Positions 1 through 8,910 of a DNA stretch of 64,000 bases are shown here, in pieces. This stretch comes from Candidatus Poribacteria bacterium. Its GTDB lineage: Bacteria; Poribacteria; WGA-4E; PCPOR2b. Made by a program: the position numbers and the translations under genes. The stretch lies in the NCBI GenBank assembly GCA_965116925.1, contig OZ220744.1, positions 1,696,001 to 1,760,000 of the forward strand, given 5' to 3'. The notes below the pieces were generated by a model. That model saw only the letters and a program-made list of their open reading frames with translations. It was not told where the DNA came from and did not search any database. Every line of letters begins with the position of its first letter. Within the stretch, counting starts at the first letter, position 1.

Positions 1-2171
1 TCACAGTTGATGCTGAGCTCTTGAGAGAACTTGGGGAAAGGCTTGTTGGTAAACCCCACATCGCATTGGCGGAGTTGATTAAAAACAGTTATGATGCCGA
101 TGCGACCCAAGTCACGATTAAGTTTTCACCCGATGAAGATTGTATTGAAGTCAATGACAACGGGCATGGCATGACCTTTGAGGAGTTTGAAGGTTACTGG
201 ATGCGGATTGGCACGACTAACAAAAGGGGAAAGTGGTCAAAAAACTTGGAAAGGCAGCTGACCGGTTCAAAAGGAGTTGGTCGCTTGGCAGTTCAATTTC
301 TCGCGAACAAGCTAACAATCATTACTGTTCCAAAGGACAATAGTAATGAATGGCTTGAGGCCAAAGTCAATTGGGAAGAAGCGGTAAAAGCTAGGGAACT
401 CACCAAAGTAAACGTTGAGTACGAGGAGCATAATCCTAATCAAACGTGTCCACCTTTTTCGCACGGTACTTCGATTATCTTGAACGAACTCAAGGATACA
501 TGGGAAATAGATTCGGTTCGTAAATTAGCTTCGGAGGTCTGGTGGCTTCAACCCCCCTTTGGTTCCGCTTTATCTTATCAGGATGATTCAAAAGATCGCT
601 TTCAAATCCATTTTGAATCAACACAGCAGGATTATACAGAAGAATTTGAACAACAGATGGAGGCGATAAAGAGCATTTGGATTGCTCGGCTTGTTGGAAA
701 GAACGTTGACGGACAAGTGACGCTGTCCTTAGAATTTCCTGGTGAACAGCCAATAATCCGTAAATATAATACTGCGAACTTTTCTCATAATAAAGGGAAA
801 TTCAGCCAAATAGAAAATCTCAAGAACGCATATTTTGAGATTCGGATCTATAATTTGTCGGGAAAGCAGAAATTAGGAATCAAGGTTGGTGAGGCCCGAG
901 AATATTTTGCAGAACATGGCGGTGTCCATGTTTATGACGGTAACTTTCGCCTCCCCTATTACGGTTTGCCAACAAGCGACTGGCTGAAGTTAGAGTATGA
1001 CCACTCCCATCGCAAAACTGTGTCCGAACTTCTTCCCAAGGAGATCCAAGTTGAAAGAGCTTTAAACGACCTACCGACTCTTGGACGTGTTCTTGGTGTT
1101 GTTAACATCAACACCTCTCAAGAACATAATCTCAAGATCATGATCACGCGAGATCGCTTAACCGAAACAACAGCCTACGATGATCTTGTGTCTATGGTCC
1201 GTTATGCAATTGATTGGTACGCGAACGAAACCGCTCGGCGAAAAATTGAGTTAAAAGAACGAAATTCTTCACCCGAACCCACGTCGCTAAAATTTGAGCA
1301 TGTCGAACAGGTGTTAGAACAGTACGAACCGGAAATTCCCAAAAAAGTTTATGGAGAAATTTATGAAAAAGCCCGGGAGGCAACAATAACGGCGAAAACC
1401 AATCAAGAACTTGTTTTGGAACAGATGGGACTTTTGGCTCCTCTCGCCACAGCTGGTATTTCCGCGTTGTCGTACCAGCATGAATTAAAAAAACAATTTA
1501 CCTACATTGAGGACGCGATTGATAGAATCAAAACTGTAACCTTTCAGTTAGATTTATCTAACGCAGCAAAAGAGCTTGAACTTCAGCAAAATCTGGATTC
1601 GCTGAGTGCCGATTTGTCATCGTGGCTTGATAGAGCCAAGGCGACCCATAGCTTGTTTGACTACATCGCCGATACCGAGAATACTAAGTTGCGGCACAGA
1701 TTTCGTGCCATATCAGTGACTAAAGAGATTGCGGCACAGACCAGTTTCCTAGCAAGAGGTATTGATATTGATTATAGCCAACTTGAGGATCAACTATACC
1801 TTCCTAAGGCATCGTTTGCTGAATGGGGTGCAATCTTTCAAAATGTCTTTACCAACGCTTTCAATGCGATGCTTGATTCGCCGCACCGGTTGCTCCATAT
1901 TAGTTCCCGTTCTCATGAAAAATCTCATGAGATTCTCATTCAGGATACCGGATACGGAATAGACCTCGAAAAAGCGGACAAGTTTTTTGAACCTTTTGAG
2001 AGAGCATCAAAAATTTCTGCCGAAAGACAAGCCCTCGGTTACGGTGGCACTGGACTCGGACTTACGATCGTTCGGTTGCTGGCGGATAATATTGGTTGTC
2101 GTGTTCAATTCATCGCGCCACAAGATGGATTTAATACTGCTTTCTCAATTCGATGGAGGGAAACCAAGTGA
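1..2171 (+). CDS. MORC/Hsp90-like GHKL ATPase fused to a C-terminal histidine kinase; 5' end lies outside the window
   Basis: The frame is open from position 3 (TVDAELLRELGE). GHKL motifs: ELIKNSYDADA, DNGHGM, GSKGVGRLA, GTSI. Kinase boxes: YQHELKK (H), NVFTNAFNA (N), DTGYGI (G1), FFEPF (F), GGTGLGL (G2). Confidence 0.9.
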   Translation, partial: TVDAELLRELGERLVGKPHIALAELIKNSYDADATQVTIKFSPDEDCIEVNDNGHGMTFEEFEGYWMRIGTTNKRGKWSKNLERQLTGSKGVGRLAVQFLANKLTIITVPKDNSNEWLEAKVNWEEAVKARELTKVNVEYEEHNPNQTCPPFSHGTSIILNELKDTWEIDSVRKLASEVWWLQPPFGSALSYQDDSKDRFQIHFESTQQDYTEEFEQQMEAIKSIWIARLVGKNVDGQVTLSLEFPGEQPIIRKYNTANFSHNKGKFSQIENLKNAYFEIRIYNLSGKQKLGIKVGEAREYFAEHGGVHVYDGNFRLPYYGLPTSDWLKLEYDHSHRKTVSELLPKEIQVERALNDLPTLGRVLGVVNINTSQEHNLKIMITRDRLTETTAYDDLVSMVRYAIDWYANETARRKIELKERNSSPEPTSLKFEHVEQVLEQYEPEIPKKVYGEIYEKAREATITAKTNQELVLEQMGLLAPLATAGISALSYQHELKKQFTYIEDAIDRIKTVTFQLDLSNAAKELELQQNLDSLSADLSSWLDRAKATHSLFDYIADTENTKLRHRFRAISVTKEIAAQTSFLARGIDIDYSQLEDQLYLPKASFAEWGAIFQNVFTNAFNAMLDSPHRLLHISSRSHEKSHEILIQDTGYGIDLEKADKFFEPFERASKISAERQALGYGGTGLGLTIVRLLADNIGCRVQFIAPQDGFNTAFSIRWRETK

Positions 2172-3376
2172 AGAAGATCTTGATATACGACGATGAAGAT
2201 GAACAAACAGAGCGATTTAAGGATAAACTGAATCAGGCTCTTAAAAGAGCAGGGAAGGACCAGGATTTTGTTATCGAAACCCTCTGTGATAAAGCCCTTC
2301 AATGTTCGATAGAAAAGTTGCAAAACAAGCAGGAGGAATTACGAAATAACGGAACCTGTTCTAATGAAACTACGGAATTTGACGAGGCAGCAATTTTCAT
2401 TATTGATTACGATCTGTTGAAGAGTGAAGCGGGAGGATTGCTGACAGGTGAAATCATTGCCTACGTTGTTCGCTGCTTTTCAGAATGCGAATTGATTGTT
2501 GGATTAAATCAATACGGCCATAATACGTTTGATCTGACTTTGCGAGGTCACCCGGAGTCCTTCGCGGATTTGAATTTAGGAGAGGATCAGCTAGGCAATC
2601 CTGATTTGTGGAGAGGTGACTGGGGAGATTCCAGACCAGGTTACAGACCGTGGTATTGGCCAAATTTATTCGATTCTTTGTGCAATTTTGACAGAAAGGT
2701 TGCAGACGTTAGAAAGAATTTAGACAAACCCATTTGTGAGGTCCTCGGTTTCGCCCCAGAATTGTTTCGGCTGCTGCCTCGTGACATTGTTCAATTCATT
2801 GGGAAAGGCGCAGGGAAGGAACCGGCTGAAACGACATTCCGGGAATTTGTAATACATTCTGGCAACGGCTTGAGACCTAAAGATACGACCATTTCCGACA
2901 AGGGTGTTTTGGCAAGAGTTGGTGCTGCCAGAATCTCAAAATGGTTGGAACGATTTGTGTTACCGGAGCAAGACTTCCTCGTGGATGCACCACACCTAGT
3001 CGCAAGATATCCAAGCCTAATTGCTGGTGATAAAAAGAAAATTAAAGATTGGAACAGCACAGCGCAGTTGGTAGATTACCGTGAATTGGGACTTAATACC
3101 GATTTGATTGAATCCTATCGTTTTAAAAAGAACTATTGGGTTTCACGGCCCGTCTGGTTTTGGGATACACTACGCGAATGTGAAGAAATCAAGGAAGTAA
3201 AGGAGCCATGGCTGACTGACAAACCCAGTTGGATCTTTTGCGAGGATGCCTCCCGTTTCCACAAGCGAAAGGATTGCGAAGAGTTCTTTGCTGATACCGA
3301 TTCGCCATTTACCCGAAGGTTTGTTAAAGACTTCAAGAAAGTCGATTACCGTCCTAGGGTGCGATTTTCACTGTAA
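2168..3376 (+). CDS. Response-regulator receiver-like domain plus a long unknown C-terminal domain
   Basis: GTG at 2168 overlaps the upstream TGA (GTGA). KKILIYDDED and FIIDYDL match the receiver acidic pocket and phosphoacceptor Asp. Confidence 0.8.
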   Translation: MKKILIYDDEDEQTERFKDKLNQALKRAGKDQDFVIETLCDKALQCSIEKLQNKQEELRNNGTCSNETTEFDEAAIFIIDYDLLKSEAGGLLTGEIIAYVVRCFSECELIVGLNQYGHNTFDLTLRGHPESFADLNLGEDQLGNPDLWRGDWGDSRPGYRPWYWPNLFDSLCNFDRKVADVRKNLDKPICEVLGFAPELFRLLPRDIVQFIGKGAGKEPAETTFREFVIHSGNGLRPKDTTISDKGVLARVGAARISKWLERFVLPEQDFLVDAPHLVARYPSLIAGDKKKIKDWNSTAQLVDYRELGLNTDLIESYRFKKNYWVSRPVWFWDTLRECEEIKEVKEPWLTDKPSWIFCEDASRFHKRKDCEEFFADTDSPFTRRFVKDFKKVDYRPRVRFSL

Positions 3377-3396
3377 TTTTTTCCGGAAAAAACGTA

Positions 3397-4095
3397 ATGA
3401 CAGAAGCTATTGGTGCGTTGCAAAATCTCCTTGAATCCTTGTTTAGAATCCAAAGTTCTGCGTGGTTTGCAGATCAAGGAAAGTGGAGAGCTTCCCCTCA
3501 AGCATTAGAAACTTACAAACTTATATCCGTGATGTGGGAGCCTATAGATCTTAAAAATGTAAAATATGAATTCAATAAATCCGAATTGGATCTGGATTTT
3601 TCTAACAGGGTTTTGTATCTGCCTCCAATGAAGGAAGATGCTAAGTTTGTTCCAGTCTTATCACTATCTTGCAAATTGAACGAAACCCAAAGCATTGCAA
3701 AATTCAGAGTCATGTTAGTTAGTCTTGACAAGAAAGGGAACCCTTATGGGATTGGGTTTCGTATGGAAACACCAGAAAGTATGAACCAGGGCGCAGAAGC
3801 GTCTGCTAAAATTGGGATTCACGATTTCCACCACGCACAACTTATTCAAAAATTTGGTCAGACGAGACTTAACAAATTGATAATTGATTGCCCTAGTTGG
3901 ATTCCCGAATCACAACCTTCTTTTCCATTGCCCGCCAAGTGTCCGGTGACGTTGTTACTCTGCCTAATTGTAACGTTGTATGGTAGAAAATGTTATAATC
4001 AGTTTCTTGACAATTACCTTGTCAATTATAGAAAATCTGATATTGAACCGTACAAAAAGAAACTAAAACCCTGGATAAACTGGAAACCAAATTAG
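3397..4095 (+). CDS. Hypothetical protein, third gene of the MORC-HK/receiver operon
   Basis: 232-aa ORF 20 bp after the previous stop; His cluster HDFHHAQ. Confidence 0.7.
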   Translation: MTEAIGALQNLLESLFRIQSSAWFADQGKWRASPQALETYKLISVMWEPIDLKNVKYEFNKSELDLDFSNRVLYLPPMKEDAKFVPVLSLSCKLNETQSIAKFRVMLVSLDKKGNPYGIGFRMETPESMNQGAEASAKIGIHDFHHAQLIQKFGQTRLNKLIIDCPSWIPESQPSFPLPAKCPVTLLLCLIVTLYGRKCYNQFLDNYLVNYRKSDIEPYKKKLKPWINWKPN

Positions 4096-4127
4096 AAAAA
4101 TAACGCTAGTATTCAGCAAGCCTCCAC

Positions 4128-4352
4128 TCAAGTGTCTCCACGTAACCGTTGAATATCCTCCTCGCAAATAAACTCCACTATTATACCATTTCGACGGAAT
4201 GCGGCCCGGAAATCCCACCACTGGCTATCCACCGCTTGCAGGATAGGTGGTCCCTCTGGATGGGCAACTGCAACGGCGATAAATTTCCGATCATCTGGAT
4301 CGAATCCCTCCAACGCTGGATCGTCTGGGAACTCTTCAAACTCATTTTCTTT
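4128..4352 (-). pseudogene. C-terminal remnant of a PIN-like protein, cut by a MITE
   Basis: FDPDDRKFIAVAVAH...ILQAVDS resembles a PIN C-terminus. The ORF's apparent N-terminus is translated MITE/REP DNA (VGNADLRSL). Confidence 0.6.
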
Positions 4353-4514
4353 AGGACTTACGCACTTCAGTAGGGAACGCAGATCTGCGTTCCCTACCAA
4401 CTCCTTGATGGTGTCTCTGCTGTAGTTACCCGATTCATCGGGCATGGAGGAATAGGGTATCCAGCGATAAATCGCTGAACTACAAGACTTTGAGCATTCA
4501 ACTGCGTAACTCCT
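4353..4514. mobile_element. MITE family C (AGGACTTACGCA termini) carrying a REP palindrome
   Basis: AGGACTTACGCA at 4353-4364 and TGCGTAACTCCT at 4503-4514 (1 mismatch). Internal palindrome GTAGGGAACGCAGATCTGCGTTCCCTAC at 4370-4397. Confidence 0.7.
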
Positions 4515-4526
4515 ATTTCTTTTTAC

Positions 4527-4898
4527 CTACATCAGGGACTCAATGGTTACATTGCCGTTGTTTATAACCTCTAACACCAAACGACTTCCATACAGCAATG
4601 ACATACCAATCAGCGGTCCACCGTCTGCTTGCAGCACAAGTACTTCCCGTTCCTGCCCATGCCATAACACTTTTGCAAAATACATATCTAACACTACTAC
4701 ATTTCCGTCACCGAGAGTAACGTGCCGACTGCCAGCTCGCTGAAGGTTGAGGTAATTGATTAAATCATTTGGTAGCGTTAGATAGCCATTGAAGCCTGTA
4801 TCAATGACTGCTTCAACTTTTTCTTTTTTCTGGTTTGAGCCAATAACCTCTAATTCGATGATAGCCTCTCGATTGGCGGTAATTTTTCCAGTTATCAT
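4527..4898 (-). CDS. Clan AA (retropepsin-like) aspartic protease
   Basis: AVIDTGFNG catalytic motif and LIGMSLL; 123 aa. Confidence 0.85.
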   Translation of the reverse strand: MITGKITANREAIIELEVIGSNQKKEKVEAVIDTGFNGYLTLPNDLINYLNLQRAGSRHVTLGDGNVVVLDMYFAKVLWHGQEREVLVLQADGGPLIGMSLLYGSRLVLEVINNGNVTIESLM

Positions 4899-5164
4899 TG
4901 TGTTTGGGCCGAAAAGTGTCCACCGATTCGATAAGCGGTTGGAAAGCCGATTTGTAAGCCGTAAACGATAGCGTTGGGATGCTTGGCAAGAAGGCGTTTT
5001 GTGGCTACTAAATCGTCGGTGCTCATTTCGTATTCACCTGTTTCGATGTCAATGACCAAAAACTTGCCTTTGTGTTTCGGTTCAACTTTGTGGCGTATCT
5101 CTCGCCTATAGATTGCTTCCCCCCGTGATGCAACCTCTTTGGAGGTATAATTGGTATATGGCAT
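4895..5164 (-). CDS. Small protein coupled to the aspartic protease (DUF5678-like)
   Basis: GKFLVIDIETGEYE motif; ATGA overlap with the protease gene. Confidence 0.7.
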   Translation of the reverse strand: MPYTNYTSKEVASRGEAIYRREIRHKVEPKHKGKFLVIDIETGEYEMSTDDLVATKRLLAKHPNAIVYGLQIGFPTAYRIGGHFSAQTQ

Positions 5165-5263
5165 ATTGACCCTTTCCTTAACAAAACCGTTTAGGTTGTG
5201 TGGGTAAACCGGTGTCGAGATTCATATTTCAACACATATCAGAAATAACCAAATTCACGAGAC

Positions 5264-5474
5264 ACATGTCGCCCTGCTGGGGCTTGGGGGATGACGATTG
5301 GGCATTGCTATATACATGTTGCCCCTCACGGGGCTTTGATTCTATCAAGGAGGATACTTCGATTGGTCAATTATTTACAATGACTTGACAAAATCTAACA
5401 GAATCTAACACTTTTTACAAAAATTAGGTTTTCTTGTCCAATGGGTTGGGGGACCCAACCCCTACGAATTCAAC
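5264..5474. repeat. ~210-bp REP-rich direct repeat, copy 1
   Basis: Colinear with 7477-7687. Contains the ACATGTCGCCC..GGGGCT and GGGTTGGGGGACCCAACCCCTAC hairpins. Confidence 0.85.
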
Positions 5475-5511
5475 TGGTTACGGCACACGGAGTATGCCTA
5501 TTACTATTAAT
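5474..5511. repeat. 38-bp REP-type direct repeat abutting the hsdM stop
   Basis: CTGGTTACGGCACACGGAGTATGCCTATTACTATTAAT, 1 mismatch to 7301-7338. Related copies lie near 25779 and 31569. Confidence 0.85.
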
Positions 5512-7238
5512 CATGCCCCCAGAACTTCATTCAGTAAGCCTTCGCTTTTTCGCTCAAGTGCTAGCATTTCATCGGCAATCTCTTTGAGTGAGCGGAGCGG
5601 CGTGTACTGGTAGAAATACCGATTGAAGTTGATTTCGTAGCCTACCTTATCTTTCTTTCGGTCTAGCCAACTGTCTGGTAGGTGTGGTTTGACTTCTCGA
5701 CGATAGTAATCGTCAATATCCTCTGTGAGGGGAACGCGCTCATGGTCTCGCAGTGCGGGATCTGGTTTTGGATTGCTTCGCTTGTCCCGGAGGATCTCTC
5801 CTGTCTCCCCGTCGATTAGCGGTCTCTCAACCTGCACTTTTGTGTAGCCGAAAAAGTCGTTTGGATAGATTTTGGAGTGTTCGGTCTCTTCAAAGTTGGT
5901 GTACAGTTCGGCTATTTGACGGATATGGGTGTTAGAAATAAAAACGCTCTTGTCTCCGAGATTCCTTTTCATCTTATCGAAGAAATCGACGGCGTTAATC
6001 AATTGAATTTTATCTTGCCGTGCCTCCGATTTTCGGTTCGTCAAGATCCAGATGTAGGTGGAGATACTGGTGTTGAAGAATAGCTTATCGGGCAGTGCGA
6101 TGATACACTCCAGCCAGTCTTCTTCGATAATCGAACGTCGGATTTCGCTCTCACCGCTGCCGGCATCGCCTGTAAAGAGCGGTGAGCCATTAAAGACGAT
6201 TCCGACCCGACTGCCGCGGTCTTCCATCTTGGAGAGCATGTGTTGTAGGAACAGTAAGGCCCCGTCGGAGGAGCGCGGCGTACCTGCTGAAAATCTGCCG
6301 TTGGCGTTCTGTGCTTCCGCTTTCACCGCTGCTTCGTCGGATTTCCAACTGACGCCGAAGGGCGGATTTGTTATCATGTAATCGAATCGTTCCGTTTGAA
6401 ATTGGTCGTTGGAGAGGCTGGATCCGTGTCGGATAGCACCGGGGTTTTCATCTGTGATCAACATATCTGACTTGCAGATTGCGTAGGTCTGTGCGTTCAG
6501 TTCCTGACCTGACAGCCGGATAGTGGCATCTGGATTAATGTGTTCGCGGAAGTATTCTTTTCCAATGGTCAACATGCCGCCTGTGCCGCAACATGGATCG
6601 AAGATACTGCGTATAACCCCTTGTCCGCGAAGATCTTCGCTGTGCTCGGCAAATAGCAATGAGACCAGTAATCGCACGACATCCCGCGGCGTGTAGTGTT
6701 CCCCACTGGTTTCGTTGGACATCTCTGAGAATCGGCGGAGCAGCTCCTCAAAGACCTGTCCCATTGTGTGGTTGTCCACCTTGTTCGGGTGGAGATCTAC
6801 TTCGGTGAACTTATCGCAGAAGATGAACAGCCGGTTGTTATTGTGCAATCGCTCGATAAAGCGATCGAGATTGAAGTTTTCGATGATGTCGCGTACATCT
6901 TGGCTGAATCCGTTGAGGTAGTTCTCGAAGTTGAGGCGGATATTGTTCGGGTCCTCTTTCAGTCGGGATAGGTCGTATTGGGAGGTGTTGTAGAAGCTAG
7001 TGTCTGTCTCTCTTAGAATAATCGGCGGTAGCGCGTCTTCGGACACTTGGCTGCTGAACTGATTGTAGGTATTGATGGCTTTCTCTTTTCGGTCATCCTC
7101 GTCTAAGATGCAGTCCAATCGGCGCAGTACCAGAAATGGGAGGGTGATGTCGCCGTATTCGTGGGGTTTGAACAGTCCTCGCAGCACATCATCTGCCACA
7201 TTCCAAACCAGATTTGCGAGTTCTTGGTAGTTTGCCAT
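5511..7238 (-). CDS. hsdM: Type I restriction-modification N6-adenine methyltransferase M subunit (orphan here)
   Basis: N-terminal WNVADDVLRG, GEHYTPRDVV, FDPCCGTGGM (SAM binding), NPPF catalytic motif, C-terminal GYEINFNRYFY. Confidence 0.95.
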   Translation of the reverse strand: MANYQELANLVWNVADDVLRGLFKPHEYGDITLPFLVLRRLDCILDEDDRKEKAINTYNQFSSQVSEDALPPIILRETDTSFYNTSQYDLSRLKEDPNNIRLNFENYLNGFSQDVRDIIENFNLDRFIERLHNNNRLFIFCDKFTEVDLHPNKVDNHTMGQVFEELLRRFSEMSNETSGEHYTPRDVVRLLVSLLFAEHSEDLRGQGVIRSIFDPCCGTGGMLTIGKEYFREHINPDATIRLSGQELNAQTYAICKSDMLITDENPGAIRHGSSLSNDQFQTERFDYMITNPPFGVSWKSDEAAVKAEAQNANGRFSAGTPRSSDGALLFLQHMLSKMEDRGSRVGIVFNGSPLFTGDAGSGESEIRRSIIEEDWLECIIALPDKLFFNTSISTYIWILTNRKSEARQDKIQLINAVDFFDKMKRNLGDKSVFISNTHIRQIAELYTNFEETEHSKIYPNDFFGYTKVQVERPLIDGETGEILRDKRSNPKPDPALRDHERVPLTEDIDDYYRREVKPHLPDSWLDRKKDKVGYEINFNRYFYQYTPLRSLKEIADEMLALERKSEGLLNEVLGA

Positions 7239-7273
7239 TTGCTTCCTTTTCTTGGGGGTGAATTTATTGTGGA

Positions 7274-7461
7274 GTCGAGATATGAATCTCGACCTACAGG
7301 CTGGTTACGGCATACGGAGTATGCCTATTACTATTAATTGAGATATGAATCTCGACCTACGGGCATGTCGATGATTTACTCTTGCTATACACATTGCGCT
7401 CCTCTGGAGCGCGGGGATTGGACCTATTGCCCTTCTATAGACATATCGCTCCTCTGGAGCG
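7274..7461. repeat. Cluster of REP-like hairpins upstream of hsdM
   Basis: GTCGAGATATGAATCTCGACCTAC (7274-7297, partial copy 7340-7360), the 38-bp repeat at 7301-7338, and two CGCTCCTCTGGAGCG hairpins. Confidence 0.8.
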
Positions 7462-7476
7462 AAAACTGTACTATAA

Positions 7477-7687
7477 ACATGTCGCCTCGCTGGGGCTTGG
7501 AGGAGGACGATTCGGCATTGCTATATACATGTCGCCCCTCACGGGGCTTTGATTTTATTAAGAGGGATACTTCAATTGGTCAATTATCCGCAATGCCCTG
7601 GCAAAACCTAACAGAATCTAACACTTTTGACAAAAGTTGGGGCTCCTTGCTCAACGGGTTGGGGGACCCAACCCCTACGGATTTAAC
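7477..7687. repeat. ~210-bp REP-rich direct repeat, copy 2
   Basis: Diverged colinear copy of 5264-5474. Confidence 0.85.
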
Positions 7688-7720
7688 CTCCCGTCTTCTC
7701 GTTCTCTCGTCTTCTCGTCT

Positions 7721-8404
7721 TTATCCGGCCGCGGGGGCGATGCAGTCGGGGGAGTCGTTACTGGGTCGGTTGACGAGGCGCGAAACTGGGTAAGCCTCCA
7801 TATCTTCAGCGGGATACGCCGTGAGGAGCCCGTCTAGCTGTGTGGGGGATTGATCGCTCGGATCTAGCCATAGATTATAGGCGTCAGGTTCAAGGATAAC
7901 CGGCATCCGCCGGTGGATGGTCTCCATGAGGGAGTTCGGGGAGGTTGTGATGATTGTACAGGAGAGCAGCAGATCATCATCTATGTTTGGGGACCATGCC
8001 TCCCATAGCCCAGCGAAGGCAAACGGTTTTTCGGATTTGAGTCGAACGTAGATTGGGGTTTTGGATTTGCTATCCGGTTCGCTTCGCCATTCATAGAATC
8101 CATCGGATAGGATGAGGCACCGGCGTCGTTTGTAGGGTGTCCGAAACGAGGGTTTCTCCGCCAAGGTTTCGGCACGCGCATTAATCATGCGGTTACCTAT
8201 CTTAGGATCCTTTGCCCAAGACGGAATCAGTCCCCACCGGAAGAATTCCACCCTGTTCTCACCATTGTTTGCCACAACAGCAACCTGCTGAGAGGGGGCG
8301 ATATTGTAACGGGGGCTCATTTCATCGGCGGCGGGAGTTGTGAAGCCGGGAAAAGTTTCTGTCAATGTCTCAGGGTCTGTTTTCAATGTGAATCGTCCAC
8401 ACAT
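7721..8404 (-). CDS. SOS response-associated peptidase (SRAP/HMCES/YedK family)
   Basis: N-terminal MCGRF, RYNIAP, INARAET, GFYEW, IHRRMPVIL. Confidence 0.95.
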   Translation of the reverse strand: MCGRFTLKTDPETLTETFPGFTTPAADEMSPRYNIAPSQQVAVVANNGENRVEFFRWGLIPSWAKDPKIGNRMINARAETLAEKPSFRTPYKRRRCLILSDGFYEWRSEPDSKSKTPIYVRLKSEKPFAFAGLWEAWSPNIDDDLLLSCTIITTSPNSLMETIHRRMPVILEPDAYNLWLDPSDQSPTQLDGLLTAYPAEDMEAYPVSRLVNRPSNDSPDCIAPAAG

Positions 8405-8476
8405 GTTGGTCTCCTAAAAAATAGTACAAGTTGACATCTATGAGCAATTTCTCATTTCAATTGAAGCGAAGGACGG

Positions 8477-8788
8477 TCAGAAAACCTCATCGCTTTTTCC
8501 TATCCCCAGTTCGTTCATCAAAGCTCTGAGGGGTATACCGCGCTTCTGGGAGAGTTTAATCAATGCCTCAAGACGCTTTGCATTCATCTGCTCAACACTT
8601 TGCCAGAGGTTTTGCAGCTCAATTTCCTCGGATTGAGTCAACGTTTCCGCATGTAGTTTTCCTCGAAGCAAATCGAAGCGTCGTTGTTTTTGCAACGGCA
8701 GACGTGAGTTTTTTTCAATCTTTGCCAAGCAGATTGCTTCTTCTGTCATGTCTGTTGTTTTCGTTTCTCTGTTTTTTGCTGGTATCAT
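8477..8788 (-). CDS. Small helical hypothetical protein
   Basis: 103-aa ORF; TLTQSEEIEL...RLEALIKLSQKRGI. Confidence 0.6.
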   Translation of the reverse strand: MIPAKNRETKTTDMTEEAICLAKIEKNSRLPLQKQRRFDLLRGKLHAETLTQSEEIELQNLWQSVEQMNAKRLEALIKLSQKRGIPLRALMNELGIGKSDEVF

Positions 8789-8910
8789 TCATTACTCCAG
8801 CCATAGGGGTAAAAAATAATGTGTAAAATTTTTCCTTTACGCATCACGTATTATTCATTGTTAATCATATCATAACATTAGTTAATTTCCCGGTGAAAAC
8901 ATATCACGTT

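Noticed and set aside
7338..7793. 151-aa ORF and its apparent paralog at 5200-5388
   Set aside because: Both are translations of the REP-rich direct repeat.
5264..8788. Integron cassette array
   Set aside because: No integrase was found and the repeats lack clear attC R/L box structure; they fit GTAG-type REPs better.
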